64,000 nt of DNA from Camelus ferus (taxonomy: Eukaryota), in NCBI RefSeq assembly GCF_009834535.1, contig NC_045696.1, forward strand, positions 17,734,001-17,798,000. Direction: 5' to 3'. Each line of letters opens with the position of its first letter. Positions within the stretch are counted from its first letter, which is position 1. This document shows, piece after piece, positions 1 to 12,632 of this stretch. The notes below the pieces were generated by a model. The model was not told the DNA's origin, did no database searches, and was given only the letters and a program-made list of their open reading frames with translations. Both the position numbers and the translations under genes were made by a program.

Positions 1-444
1 ACCTTAATAACCATACCTCAGACAGGCATGTGTGGGAGAGGAGGTTGTTACAATCTAAAGTGCTCTGTTTGGTTAAATCACAAATAGTATTTACTTGAGA
101 TACCACTGACTATCTATATTTAAAACAGCCTAGTTTGAGATTGTATTTTCTAAGAAAGAGATTGCAGAATTCTTATAGTATAAAATGATCCCAAGCTATA
201 CAATAACTCAAACAATTTCAGGAAAAGTTAGCAGGCACATACCAATGCAGTCACCATTAAAAAACCACAAATACACATACATAGTTATTTTTCATTAGTT
301 TACACAATTGAAATCATCCTGTATTTGGAATTTAGGGAAGAAGTTGAAGGGAGTAACTTATGTTTGACATTATATATGTCTCTATTTTGTCAAAATATTC
401 AGATGAAGAGTGAAACTTTCAATCTATTTTCTAGCAGTTTTTTC

Positions 445-1345
445 TGCTATGACAGCCCTGATGCCCTCTGGAATGGCTCATTGAGAGAAGCCCCAAGTTC
501 TTGATGTACATTTCTTTATACTCCCCAAATTGCTCCAAGAAATATGCTGTGATTCCAACAGAGCCTGGTTAGAATCACACAATGCAGCCGTGTTGAACAA
601 TGCGCCCTGACCACACCTACTGCACATGCAGACGTTGTCCCTGGATTGGGGCAGTGCCTGGGCTGCGGCATCGTTAGATGTTTCCCTAGCTGGCCTCCCA
701 CCTGCCCCAGGTGACTGCATGTGAACTTCAGAATGAGGAAAGCCAGGCATAGATTAAACCAACCTCCACCTTAAATCTTTTCTTCTCAGGTGTCCTTTGT
801 TTTCACCTGTGCCTTCTGGCCATTGCCCTTGGAAGAAGTTGGGGGCTTCAGTGGGTCCTTTTTGCTCAGCCCCACGGGAGTCTTTCTTCTCTGGTATGTA
901 GCATCAGGGCCAGAGCCAGGTAGGAATGTGGATCAAGGCTCTTCTTACTGTCTCCACTTTCTAGAAACTGAATGCAGGGACAGGCTCATTTCAAGCTTCT
1001 GGTGGAGGAGGGGTGAGAGGGCCAGTCTCATTTACACCCAAGAGCCGCTACAGGAAAAGATCTCCACCTGGGACACCTGCACATTCCAGCCAGACCGTTG
1101 GCCACGCTGGCTCACTGAGCTCCCCACCAGTCTGCCCGAGCTCCCCCTCCACCCCTGGTGCTGGATGCCACGAGCCCCACTCTCCTTCCAAAGCTACATA
1201 CCCCCCTCTCCAGAAACAAGTGTGAGTCTCAGCAAGTGTGCTGGCCACTCTGTCCCTGCCTGAGGCGTGAAATGGTCCAGCAGTGCCAAGTAGCATCTGG
1301 AAGTCATCCTGGCATCGCCCATCTCAGGTGGTGATGTAGGACACA
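445..1345. mobile_element. Probable solo LTR (~900 bp), family and orientation not identified (ERV1- or Gypsy-like)
   Basis: GC-rich block in AT-rich flanks. It begins TG (445), ends CA (1345) and is flanked by a 4-bp direct repeat TTTC (441-444 and 1346-1349). Confidence 0.5.
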
Positions 1346-1801
1346 TTTCTATTATTGGTTTTTACTCTTCTTCCAGGTTTCAGACATCCAAAGACCTCTC
1401 TTAAGGAGTCTGCCTTGGAGCTCAAATGTCACCATAAGTGCATGTTTCTGAGCTGGGGGTTGGGTCTATTAGAATCTTCGTATATTGTCATCTGGACACT
1501 TCACTTGATAAAGATGTCTGGTATCTTCCAATGCATTGCATCTCGTCATCCCATTTCCTTTTCTTCAAGGAAGGTAGATGCTGCTAATGTCTTTTCTGAA
1601 GATAGATTTTATTAGCTCTATTTTCTCACACCATTCCTCTCTGCTCCAGGGATCTAGTACGTGTGCATGTAAATCTCTCCAAAGAATATATAGGTAAATA
1701 TCCGCTGCATGTCAAGGTCTGTATGCCTCATCCTTTCTTTTCCCTCCCCCTCCCTTTTTTCTTTTCTCTGTCTCTGTATCTCTCCCTCCCCCCCCCCCTA
1801 T

Positions 1802-1828
1802 ACACACACACACACACACACACACACA
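1802..1828. repeat. (CA)n microsatellite preceded by a pyrimidine/C-rich tract
   Basis: Read directly from the sequence. Confidence 0.95.
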
Positions 1829-3930
1829 TATTTATAAACATCCAGGGTGGTACATTTCTTCTGCATAAATAATGCAAATATATGTTGATATTGATTGATA
1901 TTGATGCATATCTGTTTAGAATGAAAATTCTCAAAATGAGCAATGGAAATAATCTATATTATTTAATAAGCTTGAAGAAGATAAAGACATTTGGTTATCT
2001 AATATCATGCAGTAAACTTTAAGTGCAATTAGGATGACACTAAGTTTTATAGAAAGGGAGGAAGAAAAATTATTTTAAAAAGATCATTTTCTATTGCGTA
2101 AATATAAGATACAGTGTTTATTTGAACTCTTCTTAGTGGGATAGTCCCCTGGAGGCTAGAACGGGTGGATTGTGTACATTGCATTTCCTCCTCCTTCTTC
2201 AAACAAGGAAGAGGATTTCAGTTTTCAGATCATAAAAATCAAGTGTAATACGAAACATAAATTTTCCCTTTTTTAACACCAGGAAATGGCTTTAGGGAAA
2301 ACGTAGTGTGCATTACTTGAAATGATACTAAGGACTCAGGTTAAAACCATCAACTGCAGCAGTCCTGCTGTGACATCAGGTTTCACTCTTCCTGTGAGCA
2401 GGTGGGCTCTACCGAGAAGACTTCAACCGTTCGGTAGCATGACGTGCTTTGGGGACACAAAATCTATGATAACAAATGAAGTAATAAATAAGCAAAGATA
2501 ATTATAATGGATTTATAAAAGTAGAAACTGAAAGGGAGGAAATAAAAATTATTGATGAAAGATGACTTTTAAAACCAAATCTATGACTTAAGTGACTTTC
2601 TTGAATAGTTTTATAAAGCACTTATTCATATGTACTAGTAATTGTTTTAAAATTTCTATTGGCCACTCATAATTAATAAGGGTTTATAGAAAAAGATGAA
2701 AACTAGATTTTTATTTAAAAGGAACCACTTATGTGAACTAGATAGTGAGTCATTTTTCAGTTTATTTATCTTTATATTCTATGTGTTACTAGACTTCATT
2801 ATCAAAAATGACACGCTCACAGTTCACAGAAGCTGCAACCCAGTAAACTAATGGATTGGAATTACATATTGCCTTAGGAATTGTCTATTGTGTGGCAAAA
2901 TCAAATGTAAACCCTCGAGTGAAAAGTCTTGACATTATTAAATGTAAGAAATACAGTGTGTTCAAGAAGATGTTAATAAAAAGGATTTAGGATATTTGAC
3001 TAACCCTCTGGAAAGTAATATGATGTTTAGGCCAGAATGGAAGCTACCTTGTGCTTTCCTGTTATTCTTTAGTAGAGCAGTTTACACTGTTAGTCACTGC
3101 CCAACAGTATTAGATATAAAATGGGTACTAATTGATTAATTATCCTCTTTTCCTATCAAACACTATGCACATGTTATGTGCACATGTAATGTATGATTAC
3201 TCAGAATAGGACCTGGGGCAATTTTATTCATCCATTTGGTAATAACAACTACAACACCACTGACAAAGTATTGAGTTCCCACTCTGTTCCCAGTGTTGGA
3301 AAGGTACGTTGCTCATACACACGACCAGACCCAGAAATAACTTTCAAAGAAATAATCTTATGCTTACGTTGTCATAAGTAACACAGGAATATCTGCATCT
3401 CTTGCTCACTTTCTCTTAACCCCTTAGCTGCCTCTGACTCATTTTTATCGCATGACATTAGCAACATTTCTGATTTGGGAAGCTTCCTGATCAGTATCAG
3501 CCTGAGTTTTGACATTCTCCAGTTCAGTTTTGAAACAAAGGGAAAAATGCATAAAAGACGGTCCAGTTTTTCTTCTCGGGCCCTCCAGTGTTGCCATAGG
3601 AAACATCTGTCCAGGTCGGTGAAGCTACCTGTTGACAGGTAGAATTGGCGTAGCAAGAGCATGTTTAGAGAAGGGCTGGTGTGCAAATTGCTAAGAGAAA
3701 AGGAACAGTCATTATCATCACTATCGCAGAAGAGAGTTGAGGCACCTTCACTCACCTCTTCAAAGCTACTCTAGAGATGATACAGCTTTGGAAGCTTATT
3801 TGTGGCTGAGCTAACAGTGATATTAGCTATTAGACCCTTGTCTTATCTCTTAGGAATTCAGCTTCTCTTGATGCAATTTTAGTTATTCTTCAAGGGTTAG
3901 TTTCCCTTCCTATAAATCAGTCTAAATCAT

Positions 3931-4294
3931 TGTTATGGACTAAATGTTTGTGTCCCTCCAAAATTCGTATGTTGAACGCTAACCCCCAATGTGATGGTTT
4001 TAGGATGTGGGACATTTGAAGGGTGATCAGATTTTGATGAGGTCTTGAGGGTGGAGCCCCCATGATGGGATTAGTGTCCTTACATAAGAATAGACCAGAA
4101 CTCTCAGCTTTCTCTGCCCTGTGAGGATATAGTCTACAATCTACAAGCCAGGAAGGGACTTTCCTCAGAAACTGAATCTGCTGGCACCTTGATCTTGGAC
4201 TTCCCAACCTCCAGAATGGTGAGAAATAAATGTCTGTTGTTTAAGGCACCCCAGTATATGGAATTTTATTATAGCAACCCAAGTAACTAAGTTA
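3931..4294 (+). mobile_element. MLT1A-type (ERVL-MaLR) solo LTR
   Basis: Starts TGTTATGGACTAAATGTTTGTGTCCC and contains GCTGGCACCTTGATCTTGGACTTCCC and AATAAA. Perfect 5-bp TSD ATCAT at 3926-3930 and 4295-4299. Confidence 0.93.
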
Positions 4295-5313
4295 ATCATT
4301 TATATTTAGAAACTAAAGCAAATACTGAAAAATGCTTAGATACTTAAAGTTTATTTTCAGACTTAATATTAACATGATCAAGCTTCAGAGATGAGAAAGA
4401 AATGATCGATTCTGAAATACAAATCCTGCAGAGGTGCAGGGAAATAAGAAAGGATTTCTAATAAATTAGACATAAAGGTCACTAGAAAATTATGGCCAAC
4501 ATTGAACCAAGAGTTAACATTTAAAATGGTAATAATCAAAGGATAAAAATAAAACAGCTTTTACATATGGACATTTTCTTATCAAAGTGTCTTGGAAAAG
4601 GAAAAAAAAGTGTCATACTATGGTAGGGTTTGATACTGTTTCTGGGAGAAAGCTAGTCATTTAGAAATTTAAATTACCTTTACCAAGTCATAAGAACATT
4701 CTTCTTTCTGTCTCTTTATCTTTCTCCCCAGCCCCCAACATACACGACCCATTCATTTACCTTTATTCAATCTAACAATATTTAATATTCTCTGACCGTA
4801 AGCTTATAATTTAATTTAGAAGACAAACATTCATTCAACAGACATTAATCCCATATCATCATAGATAAATAATAAAAACAACTGAAGCACTAAAGTGCGG
4901 CATAAGACCCCAAGGGAAAGAGGGGAATCATAGACACAATGACCCAAAATCAGCATTATTGCTGATATAAGCAGAACTTAGAAAAATTAGATTTAGACAA
5001 AAATAGAAAAGAGGAAAGCCAATTCATCTAGAATTTTAGGGTGAAAAGTGAGCACTTGTCTAGAAAGAAGAAGGAATATTGCCATTAAAGGACAGGGAAG
5101 AGTCTAGAAAAAATACAGGTGTAGTGAAAACAGGACACAAGTTACCTATTAATGTGTGCATTTACCCAAAGGAAAGATATTTTCTATGGAAATACAATTT
5201 CAGATACTTAATAGAACCCATCATTCTATGAGATCGGTTTAAAAAAGTCTCATTTAGGAAAATTCTTACTCAAGTGTTTTGAGTGGGGAAAATTCTGGGT
5301 TGTAGCACCTGGG

Positions 5314-7159
5314 TGTGGCGGGAAGCTTGAATAAGCACCCCCCCCCTCCTTCTTTGTTCACTGCTTGTCTTACTGGGTAAAGATGCTTATCTGGGGCGTG
5401 GGGATGCAGGTCGCATTTTTAACACAATGTCCTAGGAAGGTAAAGCAAAGGTGAAGTATTTGGGAACTCGGCCAAGTCTGTGGCTCTTTGCAGGCCATCT
5501 TTTTTCTCCATATGGAGTAAGTCTCATTGGGATCCTTAGCTGCTGGCAGACTCTGTTGACCAACTTGACAGTTTGTGATGTAACTTGAAAGCACATCATC
5601 CAGCTCAACTTGGGCCTCCCAGCTGATGTCTTGTGGAACAAAGCCAACCTGTTGCCACTTAGGTAGCGCCAAGTCACATATTCATAAACAAAATAGATGA
5701 CTGTTAGTTTTGTAGTCCACTATATTTTTTTCTGTACACAGACAGCTGATTAGAACAGATTTTGGTATGAGAAATGGGGTGAGTCAATAATAAAACTCTA
5801 AATTTGCAGTATGGCCTTGGGAATAGGCAATAGGCAACTACTGGAAGAAGAAAGTGAGAAAAGCGCTATCAAAGGCTGGAAAAAAGATGCCTAGTGATGT
5901 GTAATGCCAGATAGCTTAACTGTTGTCTGTGCTGCGATACACAGGAATTTTACCAAACCAATGACGGATCTGCCTATGGAGATTTCTATACAAACTAATT
6001 CCAAATTATTTCATTTAATTGCATGTAACAAAAAAAAAGAGAGAGAGAGATTATTTAAGAAAGGGACAGGTGTATTTTTAAGAAGAATAGAGAGAAAAGG
6101 TAAAAAGAACAAGGATAGTTGGATTGAAATATAAAATTAGTTCTTATTCTCAATTCATAGCAATAAGAGATTATCAAATTAAGAAATTACAGCATTAATT
6201 ATAGCATTGATTAACTAATTAATTGATTACAGCATTATAGCCAAAGTCCAGGCCACTGTCAGTAGAATGTGGTCTCAGGAGAAAGAAAGATATCAAAGGA
6301 ATATTTGTGAGACCTTTTGTCAAGACTTCAGAGAGGTATACGATGATGCCTGATGCGCCATTTAAAGCTAATCTCAAAGAATCTTAAGGACATTTTCTCA
6401 CATCATCCTCATCAGTAACCCATGTTGAGAAGGCCTGTAAAACAACGTGTTTGTGATTTTGATCTATTGATTTAATTATAAACAGGCACATAGGTTGCCC
6501 AGGGAGTATTTATGTATTGCGTGTTTAGACCAAAAGTGCAGAAATGGTACAAAATGAAAAGAAGACTGTGGGCTCCCAAACTTGTGTTGTTAGGAAGGCT
6601 GTGAGAAAGTGCCTTAGCTACAAACACAAACTCTTTCTCATCAAATGCAAGAACGACCGAGAAAGAGGGACTTAGACTGCCAAGAATCATTCCCAAGGCG
6701 CATGCCCGGATTCTTATCAGGGAGCTGGCATCACGTCTTCGTCTTGACTTGAAATTGCTATGAACCTGTGAAATCTTTGTGTCTCCCATCCCTCTCCTCT
6801 CCTCCATTTCAATGAGCATTTATTTTATGTTGGGAGTGTAGTTTGATAGATAACTTTTCTCCCTATTTCATGGGTTTTTGGATTGTGAGGCACAGAATTT
6901 GGAGGGAAGTGGGGTGGTGTGTGTGCATCTGAAGAATAATCAAGGAGGCTCACTCTCACTTAAACTTGATTAGATGATGAAACTCTGGACACCAAGCCAG
7001 TGCAAAACGGAAAGAGGTTTCTCATGACTGGGGACAGGGAAGTTTCTCATGCATTCTTTATATGAGTTTGCTGTAAATAATTTGCGGTCAGAAGGCCCAT
7101 TGTGTTTTAAGCCCTACGTTGTATGGTGATTTCTTATGCAGCAGTAGATAATCAGAACA
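5314..7159 (+). mobile_element. Old MLT1 (MaLR) provirus: 5' LTR (~5314-5757), internal region (5758-~7100) and truncated 3' LTR (~7101-7159)
   Basis: The LTR end ...GCTGATTAGAACA is followed directly by GATTTTGGTA, the typical MaLR internal start. A second LTR end, ...GCAGCAGTAGATAATCAGAACA, finishes at 7159. The left boundary is approximate. Confidence 0.75.
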
Positions 7160-7675
7160 TAGAGTCAGCTGAGATTAAGGAAGAGGGTAATTTTGGAGGT
7201 CTGAGGAAAGAGCCACAGGTATAAAATTGTCATCTAGAAGAAAATGGGCTATAAAATTTGGTGTGATCACCAGTCAGCCCTAAAGTTCTGATTATGAATA
7301 ATAATTACAAATCATGATTTTATGTAATGCATCATGAATCATAATTGAACAATGTTCCTGCTAGTTTTAATTTAGGTCTTTTTTTTCCCCTTTAATCACT
7401 CTTAGAAATCCAGTTCAAGGGCAGGATTTCATAAGAAGAGTTCTCAGAGCAGGAGCTCACTACGGAGATTACAATCTGGCTTGTGACTATTTCAGTCTCA
7501 GCTGTGGACCAAATTGAGGGGACAGGATGTACAGAACAACTGAGGGGTACAAAAACCAAGAAGTGCACGGAAAGAAGGCATTGCTGAAGATCTATGAGGC
7601 AACTGGCATTATGAATAGTAGAATAGTAAGTGGAAGCCATGATGGAGAGGAGGGGGATATAATAGTTGAATCTAC
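7160..7675 (-). mobile_element. Degraded L2 internal fragment
   Basis: Purine-rich L2-like sequence. An L2 3'-end-like CATTCATTCAACA lies at ~4828 on the other side of the MaLR. Confidence 0.4.
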
Positions 7676-7689
7676 AGGTGTACTCCACT

Positions 7690-7925
7690 TCTGTTCCATT
7701 CCCTCCAGAGGTAACCTACTACCTTGACTTTAGATGTATTATTCCTTTGCTTTTATAAAACAGAATTTTAAAATGTATGTATGCTCTCCTAACCATTATT
7801 ATATTTAAGCTCTATAAAAATGGTATCACACACTCTATATATTCTTCTGCAATGTAATTTAAAAATCAGTATCGTGTCTCTAGATACATCCATCTTGCCA
7901 TGTGTGATGGTGATTCACTCATTTT
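7690..7925 (-). mobile_element. Old L1M (L1ME-like) 3' UTR fragment
   Basis: CCCTCCAGAGGTAACC...AATGGTATCAC...TTCTTCTGCAA motifs typical of antisense L1ME 3' ends. Confidence 0.6.
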
Positions 7926-7938
7926 CAGAGCTGTATAT

Positions 7939-8374
7939 CACTAGTTCTCAATGGTTGGCTATTGACTCTGGGGCTCCACAAGACAATTTCAGGTTTGCAC
8001 ATAGAAAATTTTTCTTTAAATAAGATGTTATTTGCCTCTCTCATGGTGCTGACATTTGCACTGATGGTACTAAAGCCCTGGCAGCAAAATTGCTGGCACT
8101 TTAGTACTAATATAAACAAACACTCTAGGAGTAGTTGTGCACTTGCCATTTAAAACAAATAAACAAACAAAACTTAAGTTATGAATGTACTTGCGAGGTA
8201 GGAAACTATTAATTCTATTAAATCTCCATAATTGAATAAAATCTCAAATAGTCTATGTGAAGAAATGAGGAATGGGCATACAGCTCTCCAAATGCACACT
8301 GATGTAAAATGGCTTGTGCAGTCACTTTTGTTGCAAGCTAAACTAGCTGCTTTTTACTTGAATTGTGACTGACA
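7939..8374 (+). mobile_element. Charlie1 (hAT) DNA transposon fragment with transposase remnant
   Basis: TIR-like start CACTAGTTCTCAA. From 8051 it translates DICTDGTKAL, matching the hAT catalytic ICTDGAKAM motif; Charlie1-like sequence continues downstream. Confidence 0.85.
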
Positions 8375-8377
8375 TAA

Positions 8378-8585
8378 TGATATATATCTATAGTTATATA
8401 CTGTGTTATATATCTATATATCTATATATTATATAATTATATAATAACTATTATATATGTTATACATCTATAAATATATATTTACATTATATGATTATAT
8501 TATGAATAATATAATATATAAATATAACATACATATAAAATTATGAAAATGTAATATATATAAGGTATATATAATAATATATAAA
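8378..8585. repeat. AT-rich low-complexity / degenerate (TA)n tract
   Basis: Read directly from the sequence. Confidence 0.9.
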
Positions 8586-8599
8586 GTATCTACTCTTAT

Positions 8600-8985
8600 A
8601 GTATCATAGTGAGTATCTTCATTGCCCTAAAATTATCTGCACTCTGCTGATTTATCCCCCTCCAACATCCAACCCTGACAAACACTGATATTTTTACTAC
8701 ATTTATAGCTTTGCTTCTTACAGAATGTCATATAATTTAAATTCTACAGTATGTAGCCTTTACAGATTGGTTTCTTTCACTTAATAACATGCATTTAAGC
8801 TTCCTCCATGTGTTTTCATGGCTTGATAGCCATTTCTTTCTAGAGCTGAATAATGTTCTGTTGTTTGTATGTATCAGTCATTTTTTTGGTTTGTTTGTTT
8901 GTTTGTTTGTTTGTTTTTATCCAGTCACCTACGGAAGACATCTTGGTTGCTTCCAAGTTTTGATAATTATGAATAAAGCTGCCAA
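8600..8985 (-). mobile_element. L1MC-like LINE-1 3' end
   Basis: ACAGTATGTAGCCTTTACAGATTGG...CATGCATTTAAG...CATCTTGGTTGCTTCCAAGTTTTG...ATGAATAAAGCTGC. Confidence 0.85.
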
Positions 8986-9092
8986 TTTGTTTTCCACATA
9001 CACTAATTTATACTCTCATCATTAATACATAAAGCTTTTCTCTAAATCTTCACCAACCATGGGCATTGTTAAAATTCTTAATGTTTGACAAC

Positions 9093-9624
9093 TGTTGGGA
9101 GGAAAATTTTTGCTCTACCATCTTTGTTTTGAATGGTGGTGAGGGGAAGGGACTGTGAATTAACTGATAATAAATTGGTAGGAGAAAGACAAGGTTTATT
9201 TACAGTTTTACTAGGGGCACTCACTAATTAGTAACTCAACAAACACCCAGAGGTAAAAGTTTATATACCAACTCGACAAAGAAGGAGGTAGGAGGGGTGT
9301 AATGGTTTCAATGGGAAATTGTAAAAGGTTCTATTAGGCTTTTTATGCTAATAAGAATGAGTAGTCTGTATGCTTCCTTGCAGGAAGTTTCCCTGTTGGG
9401 GAATTGAAGATAACCGAATTTGATCTCCCCAGTGCTAGAGGTCAGTCTTCTTTCAGATAGGAAATCTCTGAGAGAGGAGCCAATGACAGCTGAGTGGCGC
9501 TGTATCTTCTGGGAGAGAGGTTCAGCTGAAATTTGGGTACTGCTTCCTTCTACAGATGCTGTCTTTTCAGATGTTTCAGTTTAAAATAATCTGCATACCA
9601 CTGAGTAGAATGCCAATTCCAACA
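9093..9624 (-). mobile_element. ERV1-class solo LTR inserted into an older L1M
   Basis: Inverted termini TGTTGGGA...TTCCAACA and a perfect 4-bp TSD CAAC (9089-9092, 9625-9628). Minus-strand TATA (~9262) and AATAAA (~9195) are in the expected order. Confidence 0.88.
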
Positions 9625-9628
9625 CAAC

Positions 9629-10090
9629 CCAATAGGTGAAACATTGAACGTTATGGAACTCTGAACTCTAAGTTTGCATTTCGCAGATGATTAATGACTT
9701 TGTTTCTCTTTTGACATGTTAGTAAGCTTTTTAGATCTCTTTTTTTGGTAACAGGTTTGATTTGTTTGGACATTTTTGCATCAGGTTATTGTACTTACTC
9801 TTCTTAATAGGCTTCTTTCTGTATTATGTATACAATTCTTTTGTCAGTTATCAGCAGCTATAATTTCCCTATATGAAGGATTTTCGATAAATAAGGCTTT
9901 ATACTTTAATGTCATCTAATAATTTATTAATTTTATTTTTAGTGCTTTCTTTGGCCCCCTTAATTATCTCATATCGAAATAAGAAAAAGAAAAAAAAAAG
10001 GTTTTTTTCTTTGTATCTTTTTAAACAAAGCCTTTATCACCCTAACATTTTTAATTTTTCTAATTAATTTTTCTTCTAAAAATGTTAAAA
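9629..10090 (-). mobile_element. Continuation of an old L1M fragment (also ~8990-9090)
   Basis: The flanks of the 9093 LTR rejoin as TTTGACAAC|CCAATAGGTGAAA, and TTTGCATTTC follows, as in antisense L1M ORF2 3' sequence. Confidence 0.6.
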
Positions 10091-10096
10091 CATTTT

Positions 10097-10665
10097 TGTG
10101 TTGGGAGACATAATTCTAAGGATGGGGTCATTCCCTAAGATTCCTGTGTCTTAAAATCAAATCCTACACTAGAAACTCCTGAGAAGAGATTTTGCAGATG
10201 TAACTAAGTCCCAGTTAGTTGACCTTAAGTTCCAGAAATTCTCAGCTTTACTCAGTCAAGGAAGCTCTTTAAAAGCAGAAAGTTTTCTCCAGGTAGCAGC
10301 AAGAAGCAGTAGAAGTCAGAGTTTCAAAGCACAAGAAGGGTTTGATGTAATGTTGCAGCCTTAAATATGAGGGGTCCCTGTGAGGAGGAATTTGGTGGGT
10401 CTCTAGAAGTTGAGAGTGGCCCCTGCTAGCAGCCCATAAGGAAAAGGGGACCTCAGGTCCTATAATTGCAGAGAACTGAATTCTGTCAATAAATGGAATA
10501 AGCCTGAACAATTTTTCCCTTGAGGCTCCAGACAAGAACCCAGCCTGCTCTGTACCTTAATATTGCCCCTGTGAGAGCCTAGGCAGAGAACCCATCTGAG
10601 CCCACCTGGACTTCTGACATATCAAGTGGTGAGATTATGTAATCCATTATGCAGCTATAGAAGCA
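10097..10665 (+). mobile_element. MLT1E-like (MaLR) solo LTR
   Basis: TTTTGCAGATGTAACTAAG, CTCTAGAAGTTGAGAGTGGCCCC, GAACTGAATTCTGTCAA, GCAGAGAACCCA and GGACTTCTGAC. Confidence 0.85.
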
Positions 10666-11095
10666 TTTTGCTTTTACGTTTCAGCCCTTCATGTAAGGAT
10701 TTAATGAGGATTTGATTTGATTTTCCCTTATGGATAAACATTGTATTGTATAGACTCTAGGGATTCATTTTTTTTCCCCACATGGATGACTAGTTGTTAT
10801 AAAGCTATTTACTATCCATACTTAACCTAGCAAGCTCTTTATTTAATCAATATTAAATCTCCCTCTTTAATAATAAAAAAACTTACAACTCGTATTCTCA
10901 TCATTCTTGCTCTGATAAACTATTTCTGTTTTTTTTAATTTGTTTTAATTCCCCCAAATTAAATATCAATATTTTTACGAATATTTTTATTATTATTCCT
11001 GAATTGACTGTAACAAAGTTGTATTGGTTGCAGACCTTAGATTTTTCCAGTATTTAATATTAAAGTAGCAATATTCAAAGGCCAGCTCTGAAGGT

Positions 11096-11222
11096 ATTAT
11101 TTTACAAATGAGAAAACTGGGCTGTGATTTTCCTAAGCTCACAGGAAACTCAGCAGAAAACTAGAATAATATTTCCATGTTTCAGCTTTATGTGGTCTAG
11201 CATTCTCTCCACTATTCACTCC
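11096..11222 (-). mobile_element. MIR SINE fragment
   Basis: Core motif ATTTTACAAATGAGAAAACTGGG. Confidence 0.75.
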
Positions 11223-12599
11223 ACAATTTTCCTTCTCACTCTGAAACATCTCCTATTTATTTATACCTCACCTTCCTGTAATAATATCCTGTCTGATTCT
11301 CAGAACTTGAGGGAAGTTGGATGAAGAAATAAAGCATTTAAAATGCTCTTTAATGTCTCAGCTTGATAACAACAGTGAGTTTTTCTAATACTATCTAGCT
11401 GTGGTTCTAAAATTCCTCTCAATATTGGAGTACTTTGAATAATGAAGTAATGACTTCTGCTCTGGTATCCTGTTGTGAGTACCTATGAAATAAAATTATT
11501 CATCATTATTCATTTATAGAGGAAATTGATTTCTGATTATTTCCCTTGAACATCAAGGGTATTAAATTTTGTTTAATTGATACAAATATAGTGGGTAAAA
11601 TCATTACATGAATATTTCATAGCAGAAGCTCATATATTGTACCTAAATCTAGTGCATTTAAGTCTATTCTTTAAGAAACTTCATGTAAGTGACCCTTTTC
11701 ATCAACTAACTGGGCAAAAATGAAATACTATAAAAATTTTGGAAAGAAAAATGTTTATGTTTTGGACAATTTATGATTCATCAGTTCTTAAAATGCCTTT
11801 AGAAATAGAATATGGCTCATTACTTTATTGTTTGCCATTAATTGTTTGTGCAACAAACTCAATCAGTGAGTTTAATTGGGAAAATTCCTAAAATATGTAC
11901 TGTTATTTATTCTGCATTTTGTGTCATCAAAGAATCTTATAAACTGCTAGTGAATCCAGTAAACCCGATTGATTAAATATTCTCTCAAATTTATGAGTCT
12001 GATTAGGCAATAAATGTTTTGTATGCAAATCATTTTGTGCTGCTTGGGTCCATTTAAAGCATCACAGTGAATTTTATAAATGAATATTGACATTTCAATA
12101 TTGCAGCATTTTGCTAACACATTATCTGATAACAACAGAAATAAACTAAGGAGTTTAAAAAAGAAGGCAATTTAATTTCACAAATAAAACAGCTCGGTCT
12201 CCATCCACTGGGATAGACTGAAGAGATCAGTGTTTAGTCGAAGCCTCATGGTGGGCACAATAATGGAAGTGTAGAGACTATGGAAAAAGAATCTGAATTG
12301 TTTATCGCTGTCTACAAGCTTCCTTATTCTTCTATTTATAGTCATTAAATCCTGAAGTCAGATTTCTCATGAAGAAATAATAAAACACAGTTGCTTCAAT
12401 ACCAAGTATGGAATCAGTGGGCAAAAAATGGACAGCCATCTTGCCCATTAAAGTGATTTTTTTTTTTTATACAAGCATTTTGTCATGATGAGATAGCTTG
12501 CCTTAAGTATACTACAGAGTTGATGGTATTGTGACTACTTCCGCCACGTCCATTTTCTCTCTTCGCTCAGCTTTACTTTGGACATTCTGGACATTCTTT

Positions 12600-12601
<2 letters not shown>

Positions 12602-12629
<28 letters not shown>
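12602..12629. repeat. Poly(T) 28-mer
   Basis: Read directly from the sequence. Confidence 0.95.

Positions 12630-12632
<3 letters not shown>

Noticed and set aside
790..1263. 157-aa plus-strand ORF preceded by an acceptor-like TTTTCTTCTCAG
   Set aside because: GTG start, no recognisable domain, and it lies inside the TG...CA/TSD-bounded element.
3372..3755. 127-aa minus-strand ORF
   Set aside because: Non-ATG start that coincides with a GTGAGT donor-like word; no recognisable homology.
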